From Minisyncoccota bacterium (GTDB lineage Bacteria > Patescibacteriota > Minisyncoccia > UBA6257), in NCBI GenBank assembly GCA_028695015.1, contig JAQVJR010000001.1, forward strand, positions 255,297-319,296: DNA of 64,000 bases. The letters run 5' to 3'. The notes under the pieces are model-generated. The model worked only from the letters and a program-made list of their open reading frames with translations. It had not been told where the DNA came from and searched no databases. Positions within the stretch are counted from its first letter, which is position 1. The number at the start of each line of letters is the position of its first letter. Positions 10,139 through 18,766 of the stretch are shown here, piece by piece. A program made the position numbers and the translations under genes.

Positions 10139-10483
10139 CTACCAATATGTAAAATACAAAGTATTACCACCAGGATTTAAGTAGATATGCTGCACATGTG
10201 AAAAGCATGGGCCGCTATCTACTACGTATACTTTAACCATCTGGTTGCATGGCAAATTTTCGAATCGAATATTTGGAGAATATTCAAAATCGATGTATTT
10301 GCCAGTGTTTTGATCATTAAGGTATACATATCCGTATACATTGCTGGTATATGTGGCAATAACAGTCAAACTACATTTAGGGGTAGGTGACGGACAGGTA
10401 ATACAGGGACCACAACAGTAGCACCCATTTAAACAAACCAAGCTAATAAAAATAATTATTAACAAGACAGCTTTATTTTTCAT
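10139..10483 (-). CDS. Small secreted Cys-rich (lipo)protein
   Basis: Signal peptide ending LNGC followed by CYCCGPCITCP. 114 aa, no recognisable domain. Confidence 0.35.
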   Translation of the reverse strand: MKNKAVLLIIIFISLVCLNGCYCCGPCITCPSPTPKCSLTVIATYTSNVYGYVYLNDQNTGKYIDFEYSPNIRFENLPCNQMVKVYVVDSGPCFSHVQHIYLNPGGNTLYFTYW

Positions 10484-10551
10484 TTCAGCTCAATTCCTTT
10501 CTTTCTAATTTTTTTTTATTTAATATTTAAAATTGTCAAAATGCTAAACAA

Positions 10552-10580
10552 ATTATAACTATAAAATTATAATTTGTCAA
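10552..10580 (-). promoter_or_regulatory. Sigma-70-type promoter (TTGACA-17-TATAAT) driving the 10139..10483 gene
   Basis: Minus strand reads CTTGACAAATTATAATTTTATAGTTATAAT. A-rich RBS precedes the ATG at 10483. Confidence 0.5.
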
Positions 10581-10613
10581 GTCTACTTAATAATCTTATA
10601 CTAAAAGTTTAAT

Positions 10614-10694
10614 AAAAAAATGCTGCCACCTATTGAAGCAAGCTTCTCTAAGTGACAGCATTCTCAGTATAACAAATGGAAAATATTTGTCAAG
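10614..10694 (-). repeat. Copy A of the promoter-hairpin-U-tract module (also the likely argS terminator)
   Basis: Minus-strand sense: CTTGACAAATATTTTCCATTTGTTATACT-GAG-AATGCTGTCAC[22-nt loop]GTGGCAGCATTTTTTTATTA. About 85% identical to copy B at 56199 in the flanks and stem, with a divergent loop. Confidence 0.55.
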
Positions 10695-10709
10695 TCTTTT
10701 ATTTTAATC

Positions 10710-12446
10710 CTAAATTTCTTTTAAAACTTGAATACCTAATACTTGTAAACCGTTTTTTAAAACCTGGGTAATGATTTGTAAAAGATTTAATTGAGCTTGA
10801 AGGCGATTTTTATTTTCTTCTTTAAGCACCGGGACTGATTCATAGTATTGATTAGATAAATCAGCAAGAGATAATAAATAAGTAGCTAAATAATTTGGTG
10901 CATATTTTTCAGCGCTTAATTCTATTATTTCTGGAAATTCAGATAATTTTTTAATAAGTTGAATTTCCAAAGAACTATTTAATAATAAATAATTTGGTTT
11001 AATGTTTTTAGTTTTTTTAGCTTTAACAAGAATTTTATTTATCCGAGCATAAGTATACTGAAGATAAACACTAGTGTTTCCAGAAAAATCAAGCATTTTA
11101 TCCCAGTCAAAAACAACATCAAGGGCACGAAATGATTTTAAGTCATTAAACTTTAAAGCACCAAGGGCAATAACTTGAGCCAATTCCTCTTGTTTTTTTA
11201 ATGGCCAGTCAGTTTTTTTCTTTTTAACTATATCCAAAGATTTTTCAATTGCTTCATTAATTACTTGATCTAAGGAAATTAACTCACCTTCTCTTGTAGA
11301 AAACTTTTTCTTTTCCGTTGATAAAACTAAGCCAAATTTTACATGAGTTAATTCAGTTTCTTGTTTTGGAAAAAGTATTTTTGCTAAAGTAAAAACTTGT
11401 TTAAAATGCATGTCTTGTTCATTGCCAACAACATAAAGAATTTTTTCTGGTTGGTATTTTTTAAAACGATAAGAAATTAAAGCTAAATCACGAGTAAGAT
11501 ATAAAGAAGCTTCATCTGATTTTTGAATCAGGGCTGGAGGTAGGCCATATTTTTCTAAAGGAATAATTATGGCTCCTTGGCTTTCTTGGGTCAATTCTTT
11601 CTTGTGCAAGGAATCTATTAAAGGAAGGAGATCTTTCTCAAAAAAACTCTCACTAATAAAAAGATCAAATTTAATATTTAAAAGGTTATAGATTTTTTCA
11701 AATTCTTTTAAAGATTCTTTTTTAAACCAAAGCCATATTTTTCTATTTTCTTTATTGCCTTGTTCTAGTTTTTTAAATTCTTGTTGGCCAAATTTTTCTA
11801 ATTCTGGATTCTTTTTTAATTCTTGATGGAATTTTCTGTATAGATGAAGAAGGGTAGTAATAGGCGCTTTTTCGATTTCCTTTTTATTGCCCCAGAGTTT
11901 ATATGCAGCAATTAATTTTCCAAATTGAGTTCCCCAATCACCAAGATAATTCCAGCGAATTACTTGATAACCTAAGCATTCATAAAGATTAGCTAAAGAT
12001 TCACCGATAATCGTTGAACGTAAATGCCCTATATGCATTGGCTTGGCAATATTAGGTGATGAATAATCAATAATAATTTTTTCTTTTTTTCCTTTTTTAG
12101 AAAAACCAAAGGATTCTTTATCTTTAAAAATTTTCTCTAATTGTTTTTGAATAAATATTGGATTAAGGTAAAAATTAATAAAACCATTTCTGGCTATTTC
12201 GATTTTTAATATCTTATTTGGTAATAGTAAATTCATTTCCTTTACTAAAATTTCAGCAATTTCTAAAGGAGATTTTTTAATATCTTTGCTGATTAAAAAA
12301 GCAATGGTAGTACTATAATCTCCAAATTGTTGAATAGTAGGAGTTTCCAAAGGAATGTCATTAATAGATAACAGGGGCCAATTGTTCTTTTTAGCTATTT
12401 TTTTAAAAGATTGATGAATATATTTTTTAATTTCTGATTTGAGCAT
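10710..12446 (-). CDS. argS: Arginine--tRNA ligase
   Basis: SSPNIAKPMHIGHLRST class I HIGH motif and C-terminal DALR-like region. 578 aa. Confidence 0.85.
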   Translation of the reverse strand: MLKSEIKKYIHQSFKKIAKKNNWPLLSINDIPLETPTIQQFGDYSTTIAFLISKDIKKSPLEIAEILVKEMNLLLPNKILKIEIARNGFINFYLNPIFIQKQLEKIFKDKESFGFSKKGKKEKIIIDYSSPNIAKPMHIGHLRSTIIGESLANLYECLGYQVIRWNYLGDWGTQFGKLIAAYKLWGNKKEIEKAPITTLLHLYRKFHQELKKNPELEKFGQQEFKKLEQGNKENRKIWLWFKKESLKEFEKIYNLLNIKFDLFISESFFEKDLLPLIDSLHKKELTQESQGAIIIPLEKYGLPPALIQKSDEASLYLTRDLALISYRFKKYQPEKILYVVGNEQDMHFKQVFTLAKILFPKQETELTHVKFGLVLSTEKKKFSTREGELISLDQVINEAIEKSLDIVKKKKTDWPLKKQEELAQVIALGALKFNDLKSFRALDVVFDWDKMLDFSGNTSVYLQYTYARINKILVKAKKTKNIKPNYLLLNSSLEIQLIKKLSEFPEIIELSAEKYAPNYLATYLLSLADLSNQYYESVPVLKEENKNRLQAQLNLLQIITQVLKNGLQVLGIQVLKEI

Positions 12447-12461
12447 TTTTATAACGAGTAT

Positions 12462-13235
12462 TTAAATTAAAATTAAAATACCAAGGATTAATAAGTAAAA
12501 AGAAAACCAAAAGAATTTTCCTTTTTGCAATATCTTGGATAAAACTTTTAAGCTGATAATTCCAATAATAAAAGCAATTAAAGTTCCTAAGGCGTAAAGA
12601 AGATAATTGTTTTGTGCTTGTTGCATTAGGCTTGGTACTTGTAAAACAAAAGCGCCTAAAATAGCAGGGATTGCTAAAAGAAAAGAAAACTCATAAGCAG
12701 TTTTTGGTTCTAGTTTTCTAAATAAACCAGCAGTAATTGTCATTCCAGATCGAGAAATACCAGGAAATAGCGCTATTGCTTGAGCCATGCCTATTATTAA
12801 AGCATCTAGGGAAGAAATATTTTCTATATCAATTTGATTTTGTTGATCCTTTTCAGAGAGTTTGTTTGCAAATCTAGTTAAGAAAAGAAACAGAGCAGTT
12901 ATTAAAAAAGCAAAACCAATAAATCTTAAAGAACTAAATTTAGTTTCAATAAATGATTTGAAAAGCAAACCAAAAATTGCAGCTGGTAAAGTGCCAATAA
13001 TAAGTAGTTTAATTATTTTCCAGTTTTTATTTATAATAATTGCTTTAATGTCTTTGTAGAATATTACTAAGATAGCACCTAAAGTACCAAAATGCAGTAA
13101 GATATCAAAGGCAATAGAAGATTCTGGTAATTGCCAAATAGTTTGAAGAACAGCTAAGTGACCAGAACTAGAAACAGGCAAGAGCTCTGTTATTCCTTGC
13201 ACGATGCCCAAAATAATTGTTTGAAATAAATTCAT
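12462..13235 (-). CDS. uppP: Undecaprenyl-diphosphatase
   Basis: GITELLPVSSSGHL signature, polytopic membrane protein. Confidence 0.8.
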   Translation of the reverse strand: MNLFQTIILGIVQGITELLPVSSSGHLAVLQTIWQLPESSIAFDILLHFGTLGAILVIFYKDIKAIIINKNWKIIKLLIIGTLPAAIFGLLFKSFIETKFSSLRFIGFAFLITALFLFLTRFANKLSEKDQQNQIDIENISSLDALIIGMAQAIALFPGISRSGMTITAGLFRKLEPKTAYEFSFLLAIPAILGAFVLQVPSLMQQAQNNYLLYALGTLIAFIIGIISLKVLSKILQKGKFFWFSFYLLILGILILI

Positions 13236-13247
13236 AATATTATTAAG

Positions 13248-13320
13248 TCGGGGTGGTGGGATTTGAACCCACGATCTCAGCGTCCCGAACGCTGCGTGTT
13301 AGCCTCTGCACTACGCCCCG
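13248..13320 (-). tRNA. tRNA-Pro(CGG)
   Basis: Reverse complement: C1-G72 acceptor (one mismatch), anticodon stem CAGCG/CGCTG with loop TTCGGGA, T-arm GTGGGTTCAAATCCCAC. No CCA. Confidence 0.7.
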
Positions 13321-14810
13321 TTGTTTACATAGTATTTTTTCTTAATTTTTATTTCCTCTTCTTCTAAGAGATTTTGATATTTTTCTTCAGCAATTTTTCT
13401 TTTTTTAATCAATTCTTTTTCCGGTAATTTTATTATTTGTTTAGCAATTTTCTCTAAATCTTTCTTATTGTTTTTTTTAGGATCATCCAAGACTTCTTCT
13501 AAGAGAATGCTTAAAACAGCTCCAATCTTTGGTCCTGGTTGTAGTTTTAGGTTTTTAATAAGATCATTGCCATTTATTTTTAAAATCTTTAAAGAAGGTT
13601 GATTTCCTTCTAGTTCTTGTAAAACTTTTTCTACACGAAAAAGAAAATGGCGTAAACGAAAAGGTAAGGCTTTAGGACATCCAGAACCAATACGGTCTGC
13701 TTCTCTTACTTGGGCTAATTCTTGGATGTTTTCTTTCCCAACCTTGACTAATAATCTTCGGACCGCAGCATCAGTAGTAATTTCTGGATCATAAACAAAT
13801 TGATGGTAGCGAATTAGCTTAAGAGTTTTTTCTGAAATAGATTTTGGGAATTTTAGTCGATTAAAGATTCTAGCTGAGATTTTAGTTCCCACCCATTCAT
13901 GATTATAAAAAGTAGAATCTATTCCCTCGCCCTGCTTAACCTGAGGTTTACCAATATCATGGAATAAGCTGGCTAATTTCACTTCTAAACTAAAATCTTT
14001 CTTTGCTGCATAATCCAAAGAACGCCATAAATGTTCCCAAACAGTATAAATATGATGTTTATTTTGAGTAACCCCTATTGATTCTTCTAATTCTGGAATG
14101 ATTTCTTTTAATAGATTAGTTTCTTTTAATAACAAGACTCCTTGAGCAGCTTGTCGAGTATTAATAATCTTAATAAATTCATCACGAATTCTCTCCTTGG
14201 AGATAAAAGACAAAAGTGAAGAATTTGCTTTGATAGCTTTTTGAGTCTTAGGTTCAATTTTAAAATTCAATTCGCAAGCTAAACGAATAGCTCGCATTAA
14301 TCTTAATCCATCTTCTTGGAAACGATTTGCTGGATCTCCAACTGTTCGGATAATCTTGTTTTTTAAGTCTTTTTGTCCATCATATAAATCTATAATTTGA
14401 AATTTTGGTTTTTGGCTTTTAGAGGTTTCAATTCTTAAAGCTATAGCATTAATAGTAAAATCACGACGGCAAAGATCTTCTTCTATTGTTTTTGCAAATT
14501 GAATCTTGTCCGGATGTCTTTTATCAGTGTATTTTCCTTCTTTTCGGAAAGTGGTAATTTCTATTATCTTTAAAGTTGGGTCTTTTGACCTTGTTTTTAC
14601 TGCTATGGTACCAAAATTATTCTCATACAAACTATCAGGAAAAATTGCTTGAATTTGTTCAGGTAGGGCATTAGTGGCAATATCCCAATCTTTAGGTTTT
14701 TGAGCAGGATGAATAAGCAGGTCTCTGACACAGCCACCAACAATATAGGCTTCAAAATTAGCTTTAGTAAGCTTTTCTAAGATGTTTAAAATTTCTTTAG
14801 GGATTTGCAT
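13311..14810 (-). CDS. cca: CCA-adding tRNA nucleotidyltransferase with C-terminal HD domain
   Basis: GGCVRDLL head motif (pol-beta superfamily) and LFHDIGKP HD motif. Stop overlaps tRNA-Pro by a few nt. Confidence 0.7.
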   Translation of the reverse strand: MQIPKEILNILEKLTKANFEAYIVGGCVRDLLIHPAQKPKDWDIATNALPEQIQAIFPDSLYENNFGTIAVKTRSKDPTLKIIEITTFRKEGKYTDKRHPDKIQFAKTIEEDLCRRDFTINAIALRIETSKSQKPKFQIIDLYDGQKDLKNKIIRTVGDPANRFQEDGLRLMRAIRLACELNFKIEPKTQKAIKANSSLLSFISKERIRDEFIKIINTRQAAQGVLLLKETNLLKEIIPELEESIGVTQNKHHIYTVWEHLWRSLDYAAKKDFSLEVKLASLFHDIGKPQVKQGEGIDSTFYNHEWVGTKISARIFNRLKFPKSISEKTLKLIRYHQFVYDPEITTDAAVRRLLVKVGKENIQELAQVREADRIGSGCPKALPFRLRHFLFRVEKVLQELEGNQPSLKILKINGNDLIKNLKLQPGPKIGAVLSILLEEVLDDPKKNNKKDLEKIAKQIIKLPEKELIKKRKIAEEKYQNLLEEEEIKIKKKYYVNNGA

Positions 14811-14889
14811 AATTACGGATTTTTCATTATAATTAAAAAACTAAAGATTCTTCTTTAATCATAGAGCAAAACACTCTATTTTTCAATGA

Positions 14890-14963
14890 GCCCTCGTGGT
14901 GTAACTGGATAACATTTCTGTCTTCGGAACAGAAGATTGCAGGTTCGACTCCTGCCGAGGGCA
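14890..14963 (+). tRNA. tRNA-Arg(UCG)
   Basis: Acceptor GCCCTCG/CGAGGGC, anticodon stem TCTGT/ACAGA, loop CTTCGGA, T-arm GCAGGTTCGACTCCTGC. Confidence 0.75.
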
Positions 14964-14968
14964 CAGAT

Positions 14969-15039
14969 GCCCCTATAACTCAACGGCAGAGTAGTGGCCT
15001 CTTAAGCCATTAGTCCAGGTTCGAATCCTGGTAGGGGCA
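14969..15039 (+). tRNA. tRNA-Lys(CUU)
   Basis: Acceptor GCCCCTA/TAGGGGC, anticodon loop CTCTTAA, T-arm CCAGGTTCGAATCCTGG. Confidence 0.75.
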
Positions 15040-15049
15040 CGACCATTTT

Positions 15050-15131
15050 GGAGGAGTGGCAGAATGGTAATGCGCCAGTCTTGAAAACTGGTGCCCGTAA
15101 GGGCTTGCAGGTTCGAGTCCTGTCTCCTCCG
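15050..15131 (+). tRNA. tRNA-Ser(UGA)
   Basis: Acceptor GGAGGAG/CTCCTCC plus G73, anticodon loop CTTGAAA, long variable arm. Confidence 0.8.
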
Positions 15132-15146
15132 CTTATTTTATTTATT

Positions 15147-16625
15147 ATGAAAAACAAAGGCATACAATCAGGCTTAATTTCCCGTCCCCCAGTTATTGTG
15201 GTTTTGGGTCATGTTGATCATGGAAAAACTAGTCTTTTAGATTATATTAAAAAAACAAAGATTGTTGATGAAGAAACAGGAGGAATTACTCAGCACATAG
15301 GAGCTTATGAGATAGAGGTTGATAAACATAAAATTACCTTTATTGACACTCCAGGACATGAAGCTTTTTTTAAGATTCGTTCTCGTGGAGCTAAGGTTGC
15401 TGATATTGCAATTCTAGTTGTTGCTGCAGAAGAAGGTATTAAATTACAAACAAAAGAATCTTTTGATATTATTAAAAATGCAGAAATTCCTTTTATTGTT
15501 GCTTTAACTAAAATAGACAAACCTACAGCTAATTTAGAAAAAGTTAAAAATGAATTAAGTGAATTAGGTATTTTGCTAGAAGGGCGTGGCGGAGATGTGC
15601 CTTGTGTTGGAGTTTCTTCAAAAACTGGAGAAGGGGTTGATGAGCTTTTAGAATTAGTGATTCTTTTATCAGAAATGCAAGAACTAAAAGCCAATCCTAA
15701 TAATGCAGCCTCAGGCATTGTAATAGAATCTCATCTGGATCGTTTTAGAGGCAATACAGCCAGTTTGGTTATCACTGATGGTACTCTTTACTTAAGGGAT
15801 GAAATCATAGTAGGAAATGTTTCAGGTAAAGTAAAAATATTAGAAAACTTTAAAGGGAAACCCATAACAAAAGCAACCTTTTCTGCACCAGTAAGAGTGG
15901 TAGGGCTTGAAGGATTGGCTCCAGTTGGTGAAATCTTTTACGCAGGAAAAACAGAAGTAGAAATATTAGAGCCTATTAAAGCATCTAGCCTGATTATTAA
16001 AGAATTGGGTGATAAAGATTCTGAAATTGAAATTCCTTTAATTATAAAAAGTGATATGGTTGGCTCAGGCGAAGCTTTGGAGGAAATTATAAAACAAATT
16101 GGTATAGATAATAAATGGCTTTTCTTGCTTTTTAAAAATGAAGTTGGTGATATATCTGAAAATGATTTTAAATTAATTCCTTCTAAAAATGCTTTAATTA
16201 TTGGTTTTCGAGTTAAAAGAAAACCTGAGATTAGTAATTTATTATTAACAAGAGATAATTTGTATTTAATTGAAGGGGATATTATTTATGAGATTAAAGA
16301 TAAAATAGAAGAAATAATAAAAAATAAATTTATAGAAAAACCTACAGAAGAAATTCTTGGTAAATTAGAAGTTTTAGCTATTTTTAATCCTATCAAAGGC
16401 AATCAATTAATTGGTGGCAAGATAATAGAAGGTAAAGCTCAAGGCAAAAATACTTTTTTCTTAGTTCGTAATGAAGAAACAATAGCTCAAGGAAGAATCT
16501 TAAATTTACAAAAAAATCGAATAGAGGCTCCAGAAGTTAAAACAGGAGAAGAATGTGGGCTTTTAGTTTCTTGTTCAAAAACCATAGAAGAAACAGATCA
16601 ACTTGTATTTTTTAGAAAAATTTAA
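15147..16625 (+). CDS. infB: Translation initiation factor IF-2 (short form, no N-terminal domain)
   Basis: G domain VLGHVDHGKTSLLD...DTPGHEAF...TKIDK. The listed ORF start at 15048 is a TTG inside tRNA-Ser, so the real start is taken as ATG 15147 (MKNKGIQS). Confidence 0.8.
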   Translation: MKNKGIQSGLISRPPVIVVLGHVDHGKTSLLDYIKKTKIVDEETGGITQHIGAYEIEVDKHKITFIDTPGHEAFFKIRSRGAKVADIAILVVAAEEGIKLQTKESFDIIKNAEIPFIVALTKIDKPTANLEKVKNELSELGILLEGRGGDVPCVGVSSKTGEGVDELLELVILLSEMQELKANPNNAASGIVIESHLDRFRGNTASLVITDGTLYLRDEIIVGNVSGKVKILENFKGKPITKATFSAPVRVVGLEGLAPVGEIFYAGKTEVEILEPIKASSLIIKELGDKDSEIEIPLIIKSDMVGSGEALEEIIKQIGIDNKWLFLLFKNEVGDISENDFKLIPSKNALIIGFRVKRKPEISNLLLTRDNLYLIEGDIIYEIKDKIEEIIKNKFIEKPTEEILGKLEVLAIFNPIKGNQLIGGKIIEGKAQGKNTFFLVRNEETIAQGRILNLQKNRIEAPEVKTGEECGLLVSCSKTIEETDQLVFFRKI

Positions 16626-16639
16626 TAAGATAAACTTGT

Positions 16640-16711
16640 GGCGCGGTGGCGAAGTGGAAACGCTGGGGTCTGCAAAACCTCGATGCGAGGGTTCGATTCC
16701 CTCCCGCGCCT
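16640..16711 (+). tRNA. tRNA-Cys(GCA)
   Basis: Acceptor GGCGCGG/CCGCGCC, U73 discriminator, anticodon loop CTGCAAA. Confidence 0.8.
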
Positions 16712-16778
16712 CAAGAAGAAAATATATAATTCCTAGAAAATTTACGTATTCTTTACCTTAATTATTAAGATATAAAAA

Positions 16779-16862
16779 GCCCAGGTGGCGGAATCGGTAT
16801 ACGCAAAGGACTTAAAATCCTTGGCTTGTATAAGCTTGTGGGTTCGAGTCCCACCCTGGGCA
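16779..16862 (+). tRNA. tRNA-Leu(UAA)
   Basis: Acceptor GCCCAGG/CCTGGGC, anticodon stem AAGGA/TCCTT, loop CTTAAAA, long variable arm. Confidence 0.8.
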
Positions 16863-16863
16863 C

Positions 16864-16891
16864 TAAAAAAACCCGGCTTTTGCCGGGTTTT
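16864..16891. terminator. Bidirectional intrinsic terminator
   Basis: AAAAAAACCCGGCTTTTGCCGGGTTTTT. Lies between tRNA-Leu (+) and the 3' end of the 3D-domain gene (-). Confidence 0.7.
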
Positions 16892-16907
16892 TGTTTTCCT
16901 GATTTAA

Positions 16908-17441
16908 TTAATAATTTAAAATCTCAATTGTGGTTTCTTGGATTCCAAATTCTTGAGCTGAGGCTCTATCTGGAAACCAGATATCAACTCTATCATCTCC
17001 AAATCGTGAATTCATCCTGTCTTCAACTATAAATATCTTATCACCAAAGATTTCTGGAATTCTTACCTTAGTATTAAAAGATAAGAAATTAGCAGCTAAA
17101 ACTCCATCATAAACATGAGCACCAGAAGCAGTGATAAAAGGATCACCGTCTGTTTGGTCTGGAGTTGAAGAATAGGCTGTGGCATATACTTTTTTAACTT
17201 GAATTAATACTGGAGTATTAATTGGAGTAAAGAAAGTATTATTAGAGATGTAATAAGGATCAATTTCTTCTTTTGCAAGATTGTTTGTTTCAAGATCTTG
17301 TTGGATTGGTTCATTTATGCCTTGTTGAATAGTCATAAAAGGAGAACCTTCAACTAAAAATCTTGGCCAGAAGCTTATTAGACTAAAGAATAAGATAATA
17401 GCTAATAAGCCTATTTTAGACGATTCATCACTATTATTCAT
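16908..17441 (-). CDS. 3D (MltA/YuiC-like) domain cell-wall-associated protein
   Basis: N-terminal TM. TAYSSTPDQTDGDPFITASG...DRMNSRFGDDRVDIWFPD motif typical of the 3D domain. Confidence 0.6.
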   Translation of the reverse strand: MNNSDESSKIGLLAIILFFSLISFWPRFLVEGSPFMTIQQGINEPIQQDLETNNLAKEEIDPYYISNNTFFTPINTPVLIQVKKVYATAYSSTPDQTDGDPFITASGAHVYDGVLAANFLSFNTKVRIPEIFGDKIFIVEDRMNSRFGDDRVDIWFPDRASAQEFGIQETTIEILNY

Positions 17442-17465
17442 GATTTTTGTTAGTTTGCGTATTAA

Positions 17466-17485
17466 AAAACTCCCTTTTTGGGAGA
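17466..17485 (-). promoter_or_regulatory. SD-sequestering hairpin in the leader of the 3D-domain gene
   Basis: Minus-strand TCTCCC-AAAAA-GGGAG followed by TTTTTTAATC-ATG. GGGAG is the only SD-like sequence before the ATG and pairs with CUCCC. A TTGACAAAT box lies ~40 nt upstream. Confidence 0.4.
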
Positions 17486-17646
17486 TAACTGACTTTATTT
17501 TATCATACTATGATTATTTGTCAAGTTTTCAAATCCAAGTTTAAATTTTAAATTTTGTAATAAATTTATTTTTTAAATCCGTTTTTTTATTCAAAAGTTG
17601 CTTTTTGAATTACTTTTAGATAAACTTAATATAAATTATATCTTAA

Positions 17647-17734
17647 GGAGGGTTGGCTGAGCGGTCCAAAGCAGCGGTTTGCTAAACCGTGGTCGTCTAA
17701 AAGCGACCCGTGGGTTCGAATCCCACACCCTCCG
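17647..17734 (+). tRNA. tRNA-Ser(GCU)
   Basis: Acceptor GGAGGGT/ACCCTCC plus G73, anticodon loop TTGCTAA, long variable arm, T-arm GTGGGTTCGAATCCCAC. Confidence 0.8.
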
Positions 17735-17800
17735 CATTTCATTAATCAGATTTAAAATTTAAACTTGAGCTTAAAAATAAAAAAAGATGAATTAAATTGC

Positions 17801-17826
17801 AAAAACCTCTCAATGAGAGGTTTTAA
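17801..17826 (+). terminator. Intrinsic terminator after tRNA-Ser
   Basis: AAAAACCTCTC-AATG-AGAGGTTTT. Confidence 0.55.
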
Positions 17827-17878
17827 AGTTCAAGATTGATTTTATTAAGGGATTGTGATAATATAAAAATACAGAGAT

Positions 17879-18142
17879 ATGTTAAACACAAAACAAAAAG
17901 AAAAAGTTATTAAAGAGTTTGCTACTCATAAAAAAGATACAGGTTCTCCTGAAGTGCAGATAGCTTTATTAACAAAAAAAATACAATTACTAAGCAAGCA
18001 TTTAAAAGAACACGCCAAAGACTATCATTCAAGGAGAGGTCTTTTAAGCATGATTTCTGAAAGAAGAAGGCTTCTTTCTTATCTAAAAAAAACCTCAGTT
18101 CGTCGTTATAATAAAATTGTAAAAAAGCTAGAGCTAAAATAA
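17879..18142 (+). CDS. rpsO: 30S ribosomal protein S15
   Basis: 87 aa, [14 protein letters not shown]...[17 protein letters not shown]15 signature. Confidence 0.9.
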   Translation: MLNTKQKEKVIKEFATHKKDTGSPEVQIALLTKKIQLLSKHLKEHAKDYHSRRGLLSMISERRRLLSYLKKTSVRRYNKIVKKLELK

Positions 18143-18176
18143 ATGCTGTTTGATAGTAATTTTAAAAATATTTTTT

Positions 18177-18743
18177 ATGACAATCAGGAATAAAAATCAA
18201 CGAGTAGTGGTTTTGATTGATGTGCAAAATCTTTATCATTCTGCAAAGAATCTTTATGGGGCGCGAGTAAATTTTAAAAATCTTCTTTTAGAAGCTGTAT
18301 CTGGTCGTCAATTAATCAGAGCAATTGCTTATGTAGCAAAAGCAGATGAGCCAGGCGAGGCTTCTTTTTTTGATGCTTTAGAAAAATCAGGCATAGAGGT
18401 AAGAGTTAAGGATCTTCAGGTTTACCCTGATGGGACAAAAAAAGGAGATTGGGATGTAGGCTTCGCCATTGATGCTGTTAGATTGGCTTCTAATATAGAT
18501 GCTTTTGTTTTAATAACTGGTGATGGTGATTTTATTCCTTTAGTAGAATATTTACGAGCCTTGGGTAAATATGTTCAAGTTATGGCTTTTGGTAAGACAA
18601 CCTCATTTCATTTAAAAGAAATTGTTGATGAATATTTAGATTTAGATTCAAAATCAGATTATTTTCTTTTAACTCCTTCTAAAAAAGAAGGTTTTTATAA
18701 GAAAATACCAAAAATCATTAAAACAACATTAAAAAGTAAATAA
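18177..18743 (+). CDS. NYN (LabA-like) domain protein, predicted PIN-like RNase
   Basis: VVVLIDVQNLYHS...AYV...WDVGFAIDA...ITGDGDF acidic-residue pattern of NYN/LabA domains. Start taken at ATG 18177 rather than the listed TTG 18150. Confidence 0.55.
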   Translation: MTIRNKNQRVVVLIDVQNLYHSAKNLYGARVNFKNLLLEAVSGRQLIRAIAYVAKADEPGEASFFDALEKSGIEVRVKDLQVYPDGTKKGDWDVGFAIDAVRLASNIDAFVLITGDGDFIPLVEYLRALGKYVQVMAFGKTTSFHLKEIVDEYLDLDSKSDYFLLTPSKKEGFYKKIPKIIKTTLKSK

Positions 18744-18766
18744 TTGAATAAAGATTTTTAAGATAT

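Noticed and set aside
15048-15146. N-terminal 33 codons of the listed infB ORF (MEEWQNGNAPVLKTGARKGL...)
   Set aside because: This stretch is the translation of tRNA-Ser(UGA) and begins with a TTG. The conserved IF-2 sequence starts at ATG 15147.
14890-17734. tRNA cluster as a possible integration site of a mobile element or prophage
   Set aside because: No integrase, recombinase, transposase or phage-like genes and no flanking direct repeats of tRNA 3' ends were seen. The neighbours are core translation genes.
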